DNA from: Macrostomum lignano
Taxonomy: Eukaryota
Direction: 5' to 3'
Length of the DNA stretch: 64,000 bases
NCBI GenBank assembly: GCA_002269645.1
Contig: NIVC01000412.1
Location: forward strand, 124,001-188,000
Shown: piece by piece, positions 47,506 through 62,300 of the stretch
Layout of the letters: every line of letters starts with the position of its first letter
How positions within the stretch are numbered: position 1 is the stretch's first letter
Notes under the pieces: model-generated
Databases searched by the model: none
Told to the model about the DNA's origin: nothing
What the model saw: only the letters and a program-made list of their open reading frames with translations
Made by a program: the position numbers and the translations under genes

Positions 47506-48839
47506 GCCCAATTTTAGTATGTATGAAATAGTCTTCATTCTTCTTTAGCCAGGTAACTTGCTTATTATGTTTGCCGGACCTCACAGCTTACACTTTGTAA
47601 GCATTTCTTTCTTCCACTGTGTCTCAACAGTCGAACACATTTTTCTGTGCAGTAAATTTGAAGTGTGCTCGATAGATGCAGGTCTTTTTACTTTCTCATT
47701 TAGTTCGAGCTGTTCGCAGTGCTGCGTGTTCACTTCAAATAAGACCATTGACGTGGCGCGTTCTTTAAGATTTTTTTACAACTTTTTTTCCAGCGTGTGG
47801 GGACGCGAGGGTTATTAGACCATTGCTGGCTTGCTCACTTTTGTTGAGTTGCTCAACTTGTATTGTCGGCAATAAAACTTGTTTAAACGGCTTGCTATTA
47901 GCGAATGCCTAAAATGGAAAATGAAGTTCTGCTAAGGGTGAACTGTCCCAGGTGCTTCGTTGAATATGGAATCTCTTTCTCTTCATGGTTTGTGGATATC
48001 AATGGTCGCTACAAAGTAAATTAAGAAGCGAATTTCAGCATAAAAGTTGCTTTCTTAGAAACAGTTTTTAACAGCGCTACACTTTTGTAGTTTTGTATCT
48101 TTTTTGCTTTCTGCCCTTTCATTTCTTGTAGATCAGGTAAACCAGCTAGTACCCGATTTCAGATTGTGAAGCAATAGGCCTCACTGCTATATTAACCTAC
48201 TCTACGTTACTAGACTCTGGTAACAGGCCGTTTAGTAGGTAGCTTGTGTGCTAATGCCTAAGTTTGGCTTTTTAACTGCCATGGCAACATGCTAGAGCTA
48301 GACGAGTTTTAAGCAAATTTAGCATTGACCATAATATATATGACTCAGCTGCCTGAGGTCGCACACCGAGTCACTAGGGGGAGGGGTTGTTCACTTGCCT
48401 GCACTGCACGCACAAGTCTGTAAAAGCAGTTTTGCCTCTGCTGCCGCCCTCCATTTGTGCCCCCTTACACAAATGCCCCCCTTATACCCGCCTAATATCT
48501 GCCTGCTCTCTCGAGTGGTTCAACTGCGCAAGCCTCTCCGTGCGCGTGTTGCGTGTTTTGCACCGACACACCCCATCGGACCACTGCTGGAGTGGTGGGG
48601 CCGGGGGGGCGACATGCAGAATGGGCCTCGGAGCAGAGTACACCTGAGTTGAGGCTGTTTGGTTGTATGTTTTCGCTACCCTAGCCGAACTATGGCATGC
48701 CATTCGAAACTAGATTGGCTAACATACCTCGTATATTTAACCGTTCTTTGCAGCTTCTGTTTTTGGACTAATTTCTCTCCGTTATTTTCTTGCTCCGGAA
48801 ATCGCTGCTAGTGTTTGTTATTGTCACTTGACACGCAAA

Positions 48840-51800
48840 ATGCCCTGGGACTCCGGCAGCGCTGGCAGCGTAGCCGCCGCGGCCAGCCATCCGATGCCGC
48901 CTCAGCTCAGCCCGGGAGCGGAGCCGGCTTATCCCGCTGTGCCGCAGGCCAGCAGTTCGGGTCAGTCGCCGCGGCACCGTCGGAGAACAACGTCAACGGG
49001 ATCGTCTAACGAGTCGCTGGTGCGTCAGAGTGTTGAGTTCGAGTCGCAGCAGCAGCAGCAGCAACAGCAGCAGCCCCTGCAGAAGCAGCAGCCACAGCAG
49101 CAGCATCAGAAACCGGCAGGTGGCATGTCAATCAGAACCATGCTCTACTCACCGCAACCCTCGCAGTTTTCTAGCCGTCAAGATATGGACAACTTTGAGT
49201 CGCCCGACAATCAGCAGCAACAGCATCACGGTGGCAGCGGCAAGTCCAGCTCCGGTCCGATCATCGTGACTGCCAACTCCGCCTCGTCCGCCACAGCCGC
49301 CGCTGCCGCAGCCGCTGCCTCGGCCGCCTCAACGCAGCAGCAACATTCTGCTGTAGCCGAGTGTCCGATTGTGGTCAAGCGAACCCACAGTCTGAAGGAC
49401 GACCTCATCAAGCGGTTTCGATCTAAGCTTGCCAACGGAAAGGCCGGCGGTGTCGCTGGCGGCTCTGAGCAGCAGCAGCAGCAGCAGCAGATCACTCGCA
49501 GCCGTCCAGGCAGTCTTCGCAACGGAAATTCCGCCACCGCAGCAGCAGCGCAGTCAGAAAATGGTGCAACAACCTCCGTAGCGTCAGTTGTGGTGAAAGT
49601 GCTGCCAGACAAGAAGCTCATCAGCAAGGCCAGCAGCAGCGAGAATCTGGGCCCCGGCAGCAGCTCAGCGGCCGCGTCAGATCTCAACAACCTCACTTCG
49701 CTGGTCCTGAGAAAGCGGGACCGTTCGCAAGACAGCGCCGACTCGTCAAACGGCGGCAGTCCTCCAAGGCGCCCGGCTCGCGTCCGCAAAGCCCCAGCGC
49801 CGCCGCCGCCGCCTACTTCAACAACATCGACAGCCTCGCTGACGTCAGCCGCCTTCGTGGACGGCACCGCCTCCGCCGCAGACGACGCGTCGATCATCGC
49901 CGTAGCCTCGGCTCGCAAGATGAAGCCGCCGAGCGGCCGGCCGCGCCCTCTGCCGTCGGAGGAGAGCTCCGAGCCGGAGGAGAGCCGCAGCCGCGATTCG
50001 CCCGTCGACGAGGGAAGCGCCGCGGCTCTGGGGCACCACCGGTCCAGCAGCTTCGAGTTTCTGCAGGTAAGAAAGACTACTCGCTCGAAGTTGAGCTTGA
50101 AGTTTACCTGCTTTAGGCAAGTTTTCGACAGCTAATCAATGCCAGTAGTCATGCGTTTGCCATTGTGTCCTCCCGACAAAAGGTTCCCACGAAAACATTT
50201 CAACACAGGGCTACCAGAGAAAGAGCATCTTCCCTTTTTCAAAATTTTACTGTACATTATAAACTGGTGGGGAATCTAAATGTGAGATAAACTGTTTTGC
50301 ATTGTTGTTTAGTTTGAGCATAAGTAACAGAACTTATCAACTTGACCCGGGTGCACGACAGTTGACTGCTTCAATTTGACTGCCACAATTTGACTGCCGA
50401 CAAAATGACTGCCGACAAAATGACTGCCGACAAAATGACTGCGGCAATTTGACTGCCGACAAAATGACTGCGGCAATTTGACTGCCGACAAAATGACTGC
50501 GGCAATTTGACTGCCGACAAAATCTGAAAGAATCAATAAGATTCAAGTATGAGATTAATATGACATGGGAGAAAGAAAACTCTATAAACAGAAACAGCAT
50601 TCATTGAACACAGTTACATGTGCATGTAAAATATCTGTCTGAACATTAGGAGCAATCTTGCGCCCCCCTTCGGGGCGGCCAATAAGCAAGAGACGAAAAT
50701 TATTAATGTGTATCCTATTTGTCTTGACATCTCAGCAATTCCCTCAAGCCTTGATATCTCAGCAATTCCCGCAAGCCTTGATATCTCAGCAATTCCCGCA
50801 AGCCTTGATATCTCAGCAATTCCCGCAAGCCTTGATATCTCAGCAATTCCCGCAAGCCTTGATATCTCAGCAATTCCCGCAAGCCTTGATATCTCAGCAA
50901 TTCCCGCAAGCCTTGATATCTTAGCAATTCCCGCAAGCCTTGATATCTCAGCAATTCCCGCAAGCCTTGATATCTCAGCAATTCCCGCAAGCCTTGATAT
51001 CTTAGCAATTGCCCCCGTAAGCCTTAACATCGCAAGACGTCAACATTTGTAACTGACGCTTCCTTTATATTTTAGATTACGTTTCTTCTATGTGTTACCT
51101 TACGCTGCTTTTATGTTTGATAAAGGTTCTTTTATGTTTTACTTGACTCAATTTATGTTTGACATGACTTCGCTTCTCTTTTTTGACATGACGCTTATTT
51201 TCCTAGTAGATATACATGCACGTATTGTTGAAAGCCAATTGTAGCTTGCATTTTTGCTCATGTAAAAAGCCTTGCTAGCCTTGCATAAATACGATCAGAG
51301 CCTGGAGTGTTTTTTGACAGTCATTTTGTTGGCAGTCAAACTGCCGCAGTCAAATTGTCCGCAGTCAAATTGTGGCAGTCAACTGTCGTGGACCACTTGA
51401 CCCATACAGAGCTGCTGCTGTGATGCTCAAATGTTGTTGACTGTTGAGCACTCCATTTCGGTTATTGCTTTATGAGCTTCTTGAGAAATGTACAATGTGA
51501 GAAAAAGGTGCCTGAAAGCATCAATAAAATCGGGTTTAGGGTCATTAGGTTGAGTTTGCTCTCTCTTGTTTAATTGCTCAGACTTTGCCAGCCTGACTTC
51601 ATTGCTCTGATTCATACTCAGGTAATAATCATATTTTAGCGCGCACTTGAGGCATTAATATAAAATTGGTATTCATTGCATGCAATTCGCCACTTCAGTG
51701 CACTTTATGATGCGTAGGTAGGCTTTAAATATTCACTCCATCATCAGTTGCGCAGTCATGTGACTTGCAGCACACACTGCACCGTAGCTGGGACTCGCAT

Positions 51801-54096
51801 GCAGAACCCCCACGGGTCGCGCGGTTTTGTCCGAGAACCACTGCCTTCTCACTCTGTTCCGTGGGTGTTGTTCAAGCAAGTTTTTAAAGAGTTCCATTGT
51901 GTGCTCGTCTTAAAGCTCCGAGTATAGTGTCACTCGCGGTGGCCCCCGAGACGCTACATACGCTCGTACTCGGAGCACAAAAAATATTGTTTAAGTGAAA
52001 GACGTTCTGAGTGAAATTTGCAGAATACGCCGACTTATATGACTGATTCTAATGGATATCATGGACGAGTTATTTAACACCATCTACGTAGCAAGGCTAT
52101 ATTGCTCAAAGTTTTTCAATCTTGTAAGTGCTGCACTCTCGAGCATACAAGTCCCAGCGCTCACACTGTCACTGGAGCGTGAGAGAATTAATTAGCTAAT
52201 GAGCACAAAAGTAGAGTACAGACACTGAGACTCAGCCAGATTCCTAATTGATTGGCAGCAGGGGCTGTCTAAGCTGAGGTGTAACGGAGGCCAGCTAGGA
52301 AGGGATCGAGGCCAGCTAGGAAGGGATCGAGGGCAGCTAAGAAGGGATCGAGGGCAGTGATAAATTAAATTCGCTGGCACAAGGAATAAAAAGATCTTAA
52401 AACATTTGCTTGAAATTGAACACGTAGGTAGAGGTAGAGGTACTAAAAAATCTGTTTCTAAGAAAACCTTTTAAATCTTTCTTTACTCGAAAAGTAAACT
52501 GTCAAGATAGAAAGGAGCCTGATATTTTTTCAGAATTTCGGCGAATATTCTGAAATCTTTATTTTTCGCGAAAAAGAGTCATAAAAACGTTTTTAAGTCA
52601 AGCATAATAGGCTATCTATTGTAATAAGTAAATTAGAAACTCTCTCATTTTCATAGTTTAATGCTAATCGGTGAACTAATCGGCATGGCCGTGCAGAGCA
52701 GAGCCAATAAGCTGGAGCGAAGGGGAAGGCCAAGGTCACAGCGAGGCGGGGGGAGAGAGAAATGGGGACTGCCCCGGCCCTGCCAATCGGCTGGCTCCGC
52801 CGGGCACAAGACCTAGGCTGGAGCGAAGGGGAAGGCTAGGGTCACAGCGAGGCAGGGGGAGAGAGAAATGGGGACTGCCCCGGCCCTGCCAATCGGCTGG
52901 CTCCGCCGGGCACAAGACCTAGGCTGGAGCGAAGGGGAAGGCTAGGGTCACAGCGAGGCAGGGGGAGAGAGAAATGGGGACTGCCCCGGCCCAGCCAATC
53001 GGCTGTCGCCGCGAGGGGAAGCTTAACCAGCTAGCGAAGCCAATTAGTCGGAACTAGGCAGGGCCGAGACTGGACTATGACTGCTAAAGAACTCAATGAA
53101 AAACAATGGCTAAAACCGCGCGCACAAGTACGTCACCATGCCCTACGTATAAACACAAAAGCCCGTCAGTACATAGAGTGCAATTGAGCAAATCGGGGCC
53201 TGAATGAATAAACTGAAAACTCGATAAACGAAAACTTCTTAGCTAGTCAACGAATTTAGCAGTGAAAAAGCGGGATCCTCTCGCCACCTCCTTGAAGGAT
53301 GCCGTCCAGTCCAGGACAGCCCCGAAAATCAGGCAGCCCAGCGCGATCCGCAAGATTTCCGACTCCAATCCGGCGCCGCAGCATCCGCGCGACGCCAGCC
53401 CGTGCAAGGCCACTCCGTACGGCAGCAGTCCGCCTAAGACCGTCTCCTTCAACCCCACCGATGAGATCCTCACCTACGACGGTGCGCCATCGAGAAAGTC
53501 GCATCACAGGCAGGGGCAGAGCTCGAGAAATCAGCTGTCAAAGCTGGGGGATAAGTGAGTGTCCGTTAATTAATTACCTCTTAGTCTCTTACTGAGAGTT
53601 CATTCACGAGCTCATGAACTCATTGAACTTATACTCACATGAACTTCATGAACTCATTGAACTTATACTCACATGAACTTCATGAACTCATTGAACTTAT
53701 ACTCACATGAACTTCATGAACTCATTGAACTTATACTCACATGAACTTCATTAACTCATTGAACTTATACTCACATGAACTTCATGAACTCATTGAACTT
53801 ATACTCACATGAACTTCATGAACTCATTGAACTTATACTCACATGAACTTCATGAAGTCATTCACGCATTCGGTCACTCTCATCCTCCTTCCAGCGCCCT
53901 AATCGACGTTCACGGCACCATGGTGGAGATGATGGAGCGAATTGTCTCAAACCAGCGCCAACTGTTGAGCCAGGTCCGCGAGGGCAGCATCAGCGTGGCC
54001 AGCTATCGCGAGGACACCAAGAGCCTGCTGACTATGCAGACTCGAACCATACAGAAAATATTGGACACTATTCAAGCCAACGAGAGAGACTCTTGA
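48840..54096 (+). CDS. Hypothetical low-complexity (Q/A/S-rich) protein with a helical C-terminal exon; at least 3 exons
   Basis: Exon 48840-50066 (donor CAG|GTAAGA), exon ~53260-53554 (donor AA|GTGAGT) and exon 53895-54096 (phase-2 join works). The first join is out of phase, so an exon may be missing. Confidence 0.6.
50349..51394. mobile_element. Mutator/foldback-type non-autonomous element
   Basis: Inverted termini built of subrepeats (CACGACAGTTGACTGC..CAATTTGACTGC), GG...CC ends, and a 9-bp direct repeat ACTTGACCC at 50340-50348 and 51395-51403. Confidence 0.8.
50660..51010. mobile_element. Nested element of the 3195-3376 family with an expanded 27-bp array
   Basis: Shared ~80-bp head, then about 10 copies of CCTTGATATCTCAGCAATTCCCGCAAG. 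Confidence 0.65.
52711..53010. repeat. 106-bp GC-rich tandem repeat, about 2.8 copies
   Basis: GCTGGAGCGAAGGGGAAGG recurs at 52711, 52817 and 52923. Confidence 0.9.
53610..53835. repeat. 34-bp minisatellite
   Basis: Unit CATGAACTTCATGAACTCATTGAACTTATACTCA. Confidence 0.93.
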
Positions 54097-55759
54097 TTTT
54101 CTAATGCTATTCTCTGATATAGAGTACTAAAAGTAGTTTGTAACAGCTATTTTTTTAAATGAAATTTAACTGTGTTTTCTGAACTTATTCAGAAATTGCA
54201 CTTTTATTATTTCATTCTTTGCTTCAGCTGACGTGGCCTTTATAACGATAATTACATGACAGCCAACTATAACATAATATTTTTCAGTCAAAATTTATTA
54301 TTTAGATGGTAATATTCGGTGTGCGCTAATTACTTACTTTGCGGAAACCGACTCTAGCTAGTGATCATCATGCTTTCTATTTATGCCTTGCAACTCTGAA
54401 CAGGTTCATTCAATAATCATAAATTCTATTCGTATTAACTGTCATGCATATGCAGTTCATCAATTTCGTTTTCGTTTGCGAATAAAATAATGCTTGATAA
54501 TTTTAAGTTGGACTTGTCGCTTCAAAGTGTACATATAGCGGTTTTCTAAATGCTAAAATTAACATTGTACGAGTGTGTTAATAAACGCTTTTGTTGCCTT
54601 TGAGTCTTCAGTAAATGATGCAGTTTTGAATATTTTGCTGCTAAATCTTCTCTCATGATTGCAGAACATCTACCAAGGTAGTTTGCTTTTCAGAGAATTC
54701 TATTCAATAATCATTGCTAAGCCTTCATATTCTTTAATTCCATCCACAGATACTAGAATAACTATCTAGATGGGCCAATCACAGCATCTTTGCGTGCAAG
54801 CTACTTTCAGTTCAGTAGTAAGTTAAACAGAAGCATTTTAATGTATTTTTAAAGACAAGGCCTATTTTATTGGCTCTTACCCCCCCCCAAGCTTAAACCC
54901 TTAAACTCCACACTGAACCTCTACCCCTACCCCGCCACCCAATTTTTATTACCTTAGTTGTTCCAGCCTAAATCTGCAATGTACATTTTGGTGGCAAATG
55001 TACATTATTGCTGAACCAATAAGCAAGCCGTTTACGTCTGCAATCTTGGGCTTCTAAACCAATCAAAGTTATCTCAGCTGCCTTTATTCTTATGAAGTAA
55101 AAAATAGCTTATGTATTCTTCATTGCTACTGAACTGAAAGTAGACAGCTGTTTTGCTAAGTATAAATGCCTTGAGTGGCCCATCTCGTTATATCTGTGAT
55201 TCCATCCAGTCATTATGAATGACTTTGAACTAAAGAAAAACACCATGAAAAACTACTAACAGTAGAGCAGTGCGTTAATTGTTCAATTTAAGTTCTATTG
55301 CTCCATTGCTGCGGAAGAGCAGAGCTGAGCAGCTGTCACTCTGATGTAAAAAAGAAAACGTATAAAAAGTTTATTTGTATGAAACATTGGTCGCGAATTC
55401 GAAGTTTTAGCTGTGGGAGTTAATTGCAGAAAAAAAACTTTAGGCAATTAAAACTATTGTCTGTTCTTGCGGATCGACAAATTTATACTCTGAAATAAAG
55501 ATTAATAATTTAAATTTTACTTTCACAGCAAATACTTTGTAAAACATGAGCAAATATTTTTTCAGTTAAATCTGTTTAAAATACCTTAACATTTACTATA
55601 ACAAAAGTCTCGTAACAAAACACGATTTGGAGTGTCCTAAAAAATTTTTGTTAACATTTTTGGCGCTGGCAAGAGCTGAAAGGCTCAACAGTACCTGCTG
55701 CAGCTAGTGGGGCTGTCTGCCATCCTCTGGGAGTCGCCATCCCCTGTATGCAATGTGGT

Positions 55760-55950
55760 TGTCCAGTCATGGGGTTGTCCAGTCATGGGGTTGTCCAGTC
55801 ATGGGGTTGTCCAGTCATGGGGTTGTCCAGTCATGGGGTTGTCCAGTCATGGGTTGTTCAGTCATGGGGTTGTCCAGTCATGGGGTTGTCCAGTCATGGG
55901 TTGTCCAGTCATGGGGTTGTCCAGTCATGGGTTGTTCAGTCATGGGGTTG
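55760..55950. repeat. 16-bp minisatellite
   Basis: Unit AGTCATGGGGTTGTCC. Confidence 0.93.
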
Positions 55951-56330
55951 TTCCGGTTTCAGATGAAGTCCTTTAAAACTTAAACATGTCAACAAGCAGT
56001 TCGGAAAAGTCGAAATCATAGTGCACGGCTCGTGCCGAAACAATAAATTTGGTAAAACAAACTTTTTTTCAAAAAGGAAGGGTCGCTACCTACGAATGCA
56101 TTTGGTTGCCAATGCTTCTATGCAATTTAAAGCAGCTTCGTTGAACTAAAAAGACAAAAAAAACAAGAAATATTGTCCAATGGTGCTTCTTAAAGCAGAA
56201 ATATTTCAACACAGTTTTAAAATCAGTAAAAAGGTGCGTCAATGGGAAACGGTAACGGCTGCTTGCTTGTTGTCTTACGTAGGGTTACATGTAGCTAGTT
56301 GCTATGCAAAAACTCAGGGCCAGCTTCTCT

Positions 56331-59300
56331 CTACGCAATGACGGCAGCAGCGCTCGCAGCTGCCTGCTCGTTCACTTCGCTTCGACTCCTGCGATGCTGG
56401 CCTGGTCGAATTGAGTAGCCAGGAAATTCCTGAAGCTGTTGCTGCTGCTGCTGCTGCTGTTGCTGCTGTTGCTGTTGTTGTTGCTGTTGCTTTTGTTGGT
56501 TTTTCGTCTTTCTCTGCTCCCACCAGGACTCCTGCTTTCGTGACTGGTGCTGCTGCTGTTGCTGTTGCTGTTGTTGTTGCTCCGACGGTTCAAGCAGAGT
56601 GGTATCCAGTACGGATCCCCTTGGCAGCAGAGGTGTGCTCCGCATCCTCATTGACCTGTTGATGTCGTGCTCCCCGATGCCGAAGCCTCCGTTTGGCAGT
56701 CGAAGCTCCTTGGACATGTCGGCATTGGCTTGATATCGCGGCTCGTTCTGCAGGCGCATGGCTTGAGCGGTCAGGCTGCTGCTCAGAGTGTTGTCCATGG
56801 CCCGGTAGATGGCTCTGGGCGCCAGGGCCAGCGGGATTACCACCGCTTGGGCGAGCCAGAACACCGGATTGCTCAGATTGCGAATGATCTGATAGTACGG
56901 ATTCTCCGGGTGCAAGCAGTTGGTGCAAATGGCGCTGAAGCACATCGCGATGAGAATCCAGCCGACTATAGGACTGCCTGAAGGGCGAAGTTATGGTAAG
57001 TTCTGCAAAGCCTTTTCTGCCGGTACAGAATAACCGCAAGAACAACACACTGACTGAAGTGCTTGAAGATAACTCAAACCTATAATATTTATGACTTTTT
57101 GTAAATAGAACTATAGCCGATGGCCCAAACTTGGACGTGAAACCTACTCATCCAGTTTTTGTTATACCTGGTCAAACCTAGCTCATACGCAATGATAAGT
57201 TCAATAAACAGCCTGGTCTTTTTACAGACAAAATGCTTCTTTCTCAAGTGACAAAGCTTTGCAATAGTTTGCTAAACTGGCTATCGTTGGAAATGGTGGG
57301 AGAACATTTCAAGTAAGAATAACTGATGTAATTTTGGAACATCAGATGCAGCCGTGTTGAATCGTGGTCGTAGAAGTCCTTGCTAAGCGGCTATTTTGTT
57401 TGAAACCCAACGGGAATAGAGTCCAAGATAGATTTAATTAGGAGAAAATGATAAGAGATAAGCAGAGAGCTTTAAAACATACCAACAAAGGAGAACCAGT
57501 GAACCAGCATCCAGCCCTTGACCTCAATGGCATTGTGCAGCACCGAAGTTATGACGGCAGCTCCGATCACCATGTCGCCGAAGCTGAAAATATCCCAATC
57601 GGAGTCTGCGATGACAAAGTAGGGCACCATGAACATCACCAGCGACTGCCACACCGAGTCGGAAATGTTGTACCAGAAGTGCGAGGCCTGATAGCCCTTG
57701 GAATCCATGGGGTCGCGGTACAGAACCGGATTAGCCATCAGGACGTCGGCGCGGATGTGCTTGTCAAGAATGCCCATCACCAGAGGCGGCAGAGACGTCA
57801 TGACCAAGTTGAAGAACAGCTGGTAGATCTGGCCTATGTTGACCTGGCCGCTGAATCCGTTGAACACTTGATACCAGAACAGCAGGAAGCAGTACAGGGT
57901 GTTCTTGTAGAACAGTAGTAGGGCTGCAAGAGCAGATAGTAGATGGGATGTCTGTAGTCTGCTTCTCAATCTGCATCTAGCGCTCCCTCTGTATCTAGCA
58001 GCCTCTTTTATTACTTTCTTTAGAGGCAGGGGGCTGTGTGCACCTTGGCGCTCTTTAAACGACATTGTCGCACAACCGGCGAGAGGCGTTACTGCCCATT
58101 TCGCCGACTCCCCTGAGCAGGCGGATACGTACGCAGTCATATGCACAGGCACACACTCACACTGGAGTGTACAGCAGCCCTAACTTTATTTATTATTAGG
58201 CATGTACACTTCACTGTGCCTTGGGGTTAATTTCACAAAAAGACCCAAGCCGAGATTCCAATTTAGCCCCAACTTAATTTGACTGCACATGGAATCGAGC
58301 CTAACATCGAGTGGTAACACACCTTTAATTTATCAGCTTCTGCTCTGATTCTGATACTATCCAACAAGTCAAGGACTACTAAGCCAACGTCGTTCTTACC
58401 CAACCGAGCCAGCCGGTCGTAGCACCAGTGCCCGTGCACCAGCAGCAGACGTTTTAAGAAGCGAAACCTGGCCAATGCAAAATCGGCCGCCATCACGGCC
58501 TGCATGCCCTCCTGGCCGGAGATCCCGACACCGACGTCCGCAGTCTGGATCATGTTGACGTCGTTGGCGCCGTCGCCGATGGCAAGGGTTCGGACGCCTT
58601 TGGTCTTCACTAGGGACACCACGGCCGCCTTCTGGCGCGGCGCTGCCCGACAGCAGATCACGGAGCCGCACTGCTCGGCGAGGCGTAGGAAATCGGGGCG
58701 CAAGTCGTCCTGCTCTGGATCGTCACTACCGACAGCAGGGGCGGTGGTGTCGTTGCTTCTGCTGGTGCCCGCGCCGCTTCGAAACGTAGCTTCTGTAAAT
58801 TTATCAAGCATGGGAGTAAAATCAATAGATATTCGTAGGACTGCCCATTCATGGCTCCTGAGCACATACTGTACACAGACACACGGTGTACAGCGGCTCT
58901 GAGTTTCCAAACGTCAGGCATGTACACTTTCTGTGCCTTGGCAACTGGTCCTAATAGGTGGGAATCGAGGCGATGCGGGGAATACGGGGAATGCGGGGAA
59001 TAACTCGTACCATAATAACTCATACATATTCCCTATAGCCGGTCCTTGTTATACTACTGCTTGAGGGGCTGAGGGAACATAGGACTTGAGATTAGATTAT
59101 ATACTGGGGTGCTATCAGCATAGTTCATGCACGAGTTTACAAGTGGTATGGGATGCTTAAGTGGCACTTTTCTTCGCCCCAATTAGGATAGACTGTCATG
59201 TTACATTAGCGCTTGTTGTAACAACAATGGTAACTTCTAGTGGTCCCTGGATGTCCTTGAATGGACCTTTACTGCAACAGCACTTACCGCCGCCACCGAC

Positions 59301-62300
59301 AGTATTTGAGACATCCGCATTAACAGCTGCACGTCGCCACTTTGGCTTATTAAGGCAGTGCTTCAGAGTGTCGCCGTCCACCACTAGAGCCAGCTCTGGG
59401 CGAATCCTGCTTGAGCTCTTGTTCTCAGACGAGACTTCCGGTGCTCCTGGTGGCCGGTAGCGGCGCAGTTTGTCCAGAAACCGGTTCAGCAGACGGCGAC
59501 AATCGGCGCGCGACTCGCTGGCATTCAGGCACAGAAGGGTCTGCCGGGACGAGCGTAGCTTTGCCTCCAGAGCCACCTGGAGTGCAGTCTCCTGTTAACG
59601 GTTATTTTGGAGAAGCTTTGGTGATTATGTAAAATTTCACAGACTTAACAAAGAACAAAGCTTTTCTATTTTTCGAGCGTAGCCTAAAATTTAAGCTTCA
59701 AGTCAACAGCTATTGAAATTGTTATAAAGGACATGGAGCATTTAATGTTACCCTTAAACATCAGTACAAATGTGAAAGGTTATAGCTTCAAGTCTGACCT
59801 TGAGATCATCACCAAAGGGAATGCCTCGTGTTAGAAGTCTCTGACCTTGAGATCACGACCAAAGGGAATGCCCCATGTTAGAAGTCTCTGTCCTTGAGAT
59901 CACGACCGAAGGGAATGCCCCATGTTAGAAGTCTCTGTCCTTGAGATCACGACCAAAGGGAATGCCTCGTGTTAGAAGTCTCTGACCTTGAGATCACGAC
60001 CAAAGGGAATGCCCTATGTTAGAAATCTCTGTCCTTGAGATCACGACCGAAGGGAATGCCCCATGTTAGAAGTCTCTGTCCTTGAGATCACGACCAAAGG
60101 GAATGCCCCATGTTAGAAGTCTCTGTCCTTGAGATCACGACCAAAGGGAATGCCCCATGTTAGAAGTCTCTGACCTTGAGATCACGACCAAAGGGAATGC
60201 CCTATGTTAGAAGTCTCTGACCTTGAGATCACAACCGAATGGAATGCCTCGTGTTAGAATTCGTATTAAAAAAACTACAAATGTTGGCTGTCAAGCTACA
60301 GAAGCTCACCTGTTTGTCTCCTGTGAGCACCCAAACGCTCATTCCGGCGTCTCTAAGACTGGCAATCGTGTCCTGCACGCCCTCCTGTAGCCGGTCCTCG
60401 ATACCAGCAACGCCGAGCAGCTGCAGGTCGCGTTCCAGCAGGCAAGCGAGTCGCTTCAGCGCGGCGCCGCGACCAGCGGACATGGACTGGTCGGCTCGAC
60501 GGTGCTGCGCGAGCCAGTCAGCGTACTCCTCGGAACCGAGAGTCCTGCTGGCCAAGCAGAGGGTTCGAAGGCCGTGGTTGGCGTAGGACTTCAAGTGCAG
60601 CTCGGTGTGGCAGCGAATCTTTGCCTCGTCGCTTTTCGGATCTAATTGGGTGGTTATTCGGATTATAGCGTTGCATAAATGTACTAAAAGGAAAATGTAC
60701 GCTTGTAAGCCAGGATTATTAGGTTAGAATTTTGCCAATAACACCTAGTTTTCAGAGTTTTCAGTTTTCAGAGACATAATTCATGCCCCCATTTCACCGA
60801 CTATTGAGCATCTATTTAAGGATACGCACGCAGTCACACTCCCACGGCGTACAGCGACCCTGACTTTCTCATTTTTCAGACATGTAAGCACTCTGTGCCC
60901 TGGGGGTTGGCCATCATGACTGTGAATATGCCATAAATGAATGTGGCCATCGAACCAAGGGTCGTGGCGCGAAAGGCGGACGCGTTTTCCGTTAAGCTAC
61001 GCTCGTACTCTGGCCCCTGTGGAACATCTGTAGAACGTCTAGCGTACTTCCCGAAATGTGTGATCTATGACTGTAATCGCCAAGCTCAAGGCACAGATTT
61101 AGAGTTGCGCCGGAGTCACTACAATTTGGAATGATTACCGTTAGACTGAGGCGCCTCCAGCAGACTAAGGATGGCACTGTCGGCACCCTTAGTCAGCAGC
61201 GTCAGCTCCTTGGTCAGCGGGTGCCGGACCACCACGGACATCCGTTTGCGCTCCGAGTCGAAAGGCAGCGTGTGCAGCAGGCGGACTCGAACCGGGCCAT
61301 GGCCTGGAAGCCAAACCACGCACCGGTGCGGACCGCGCTGCACCAGCTTCACGCCGAGCCGGCAGGCCGCCGACACCAGCGCGGCCTCGTCTGGACTGTC
61401 GGAGATGTACGCCGCCTGAAGCTCCTGGTCAGTCAGCTCCTGATTGGCTCGGCGCTGCCTCCGACGGGCCTCGCGACGTTCCCGACGTAGCGACGTGGCA
61501 GCTTCCGGACCATCATCCTGACGGCCGAAGCCTCCGCCGTTGTTGTCCTCATCGTCGTCCCCGATGAGATCGGACATTTGAATGCCGCTCGGCGCACGGG
61601 GCGTCGAGGTGACATCGTCGCTGGCTGTGGCGGCCGCTTGCGCCTTGCGCACCGAGACCAGAACCGAGTTGCAGAGCGCCAGCACCAGACAATAGTCCAC
61701 CAGGCGGTTGTCCTGATTCGCCTGCTCCTGCTGCCTGTGCTCGCAGAACACTTGGCCGACTTTTCTTTGCAATCGTTCCATCGGGATTTTCTGCACTGTA
61801 GAATCCCGGGATTTAAACGCAACGGGCGACATGTCGCGATGGTTTTTGCCGCTTCGCAAGGTGGCAGCGCCGTTGACTGGCGCGTTAGCAGCGTTCAGCG
61901 TGCCGTTGGTTATTGGAGACTCTTCAGAGGTTAGAGTACATGAGGACCTTTTAATTTAGGCTTTTGCATTCAAAACAGTCTAGTTTCAAAAGTTTCAGCA
62001 AGGTGACTTTGCACATTTTTTAAATTTGATTGACATTAAAATTTCATTCGCTTTACATTTTATTATAAAATCTGCTTTATATAATCGGTCAGACACTGCC
62101 TGTTCGCTCACTAGTTGGCATAGCAGCCCGTCAGCACGGGAAATCTCACTGTTGGATATTCGTCACATGAAGACGTTATTTTTACGGCACTGCAGGTATT
62201 TGTGATATTATTACTATAAGGACATTTCAGAATATTTGTTTGATGAATCTTAACTAATTAACAGTAAGAATACCAAACTATCTTTGGGCACCAAGTGGGG

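Noticed and set aside
54880-54950. Telomere-like CCC(T)AAA/CCCTAC tract
   Set aside because: Too short and degenerate to be an interstitial telomeric array.
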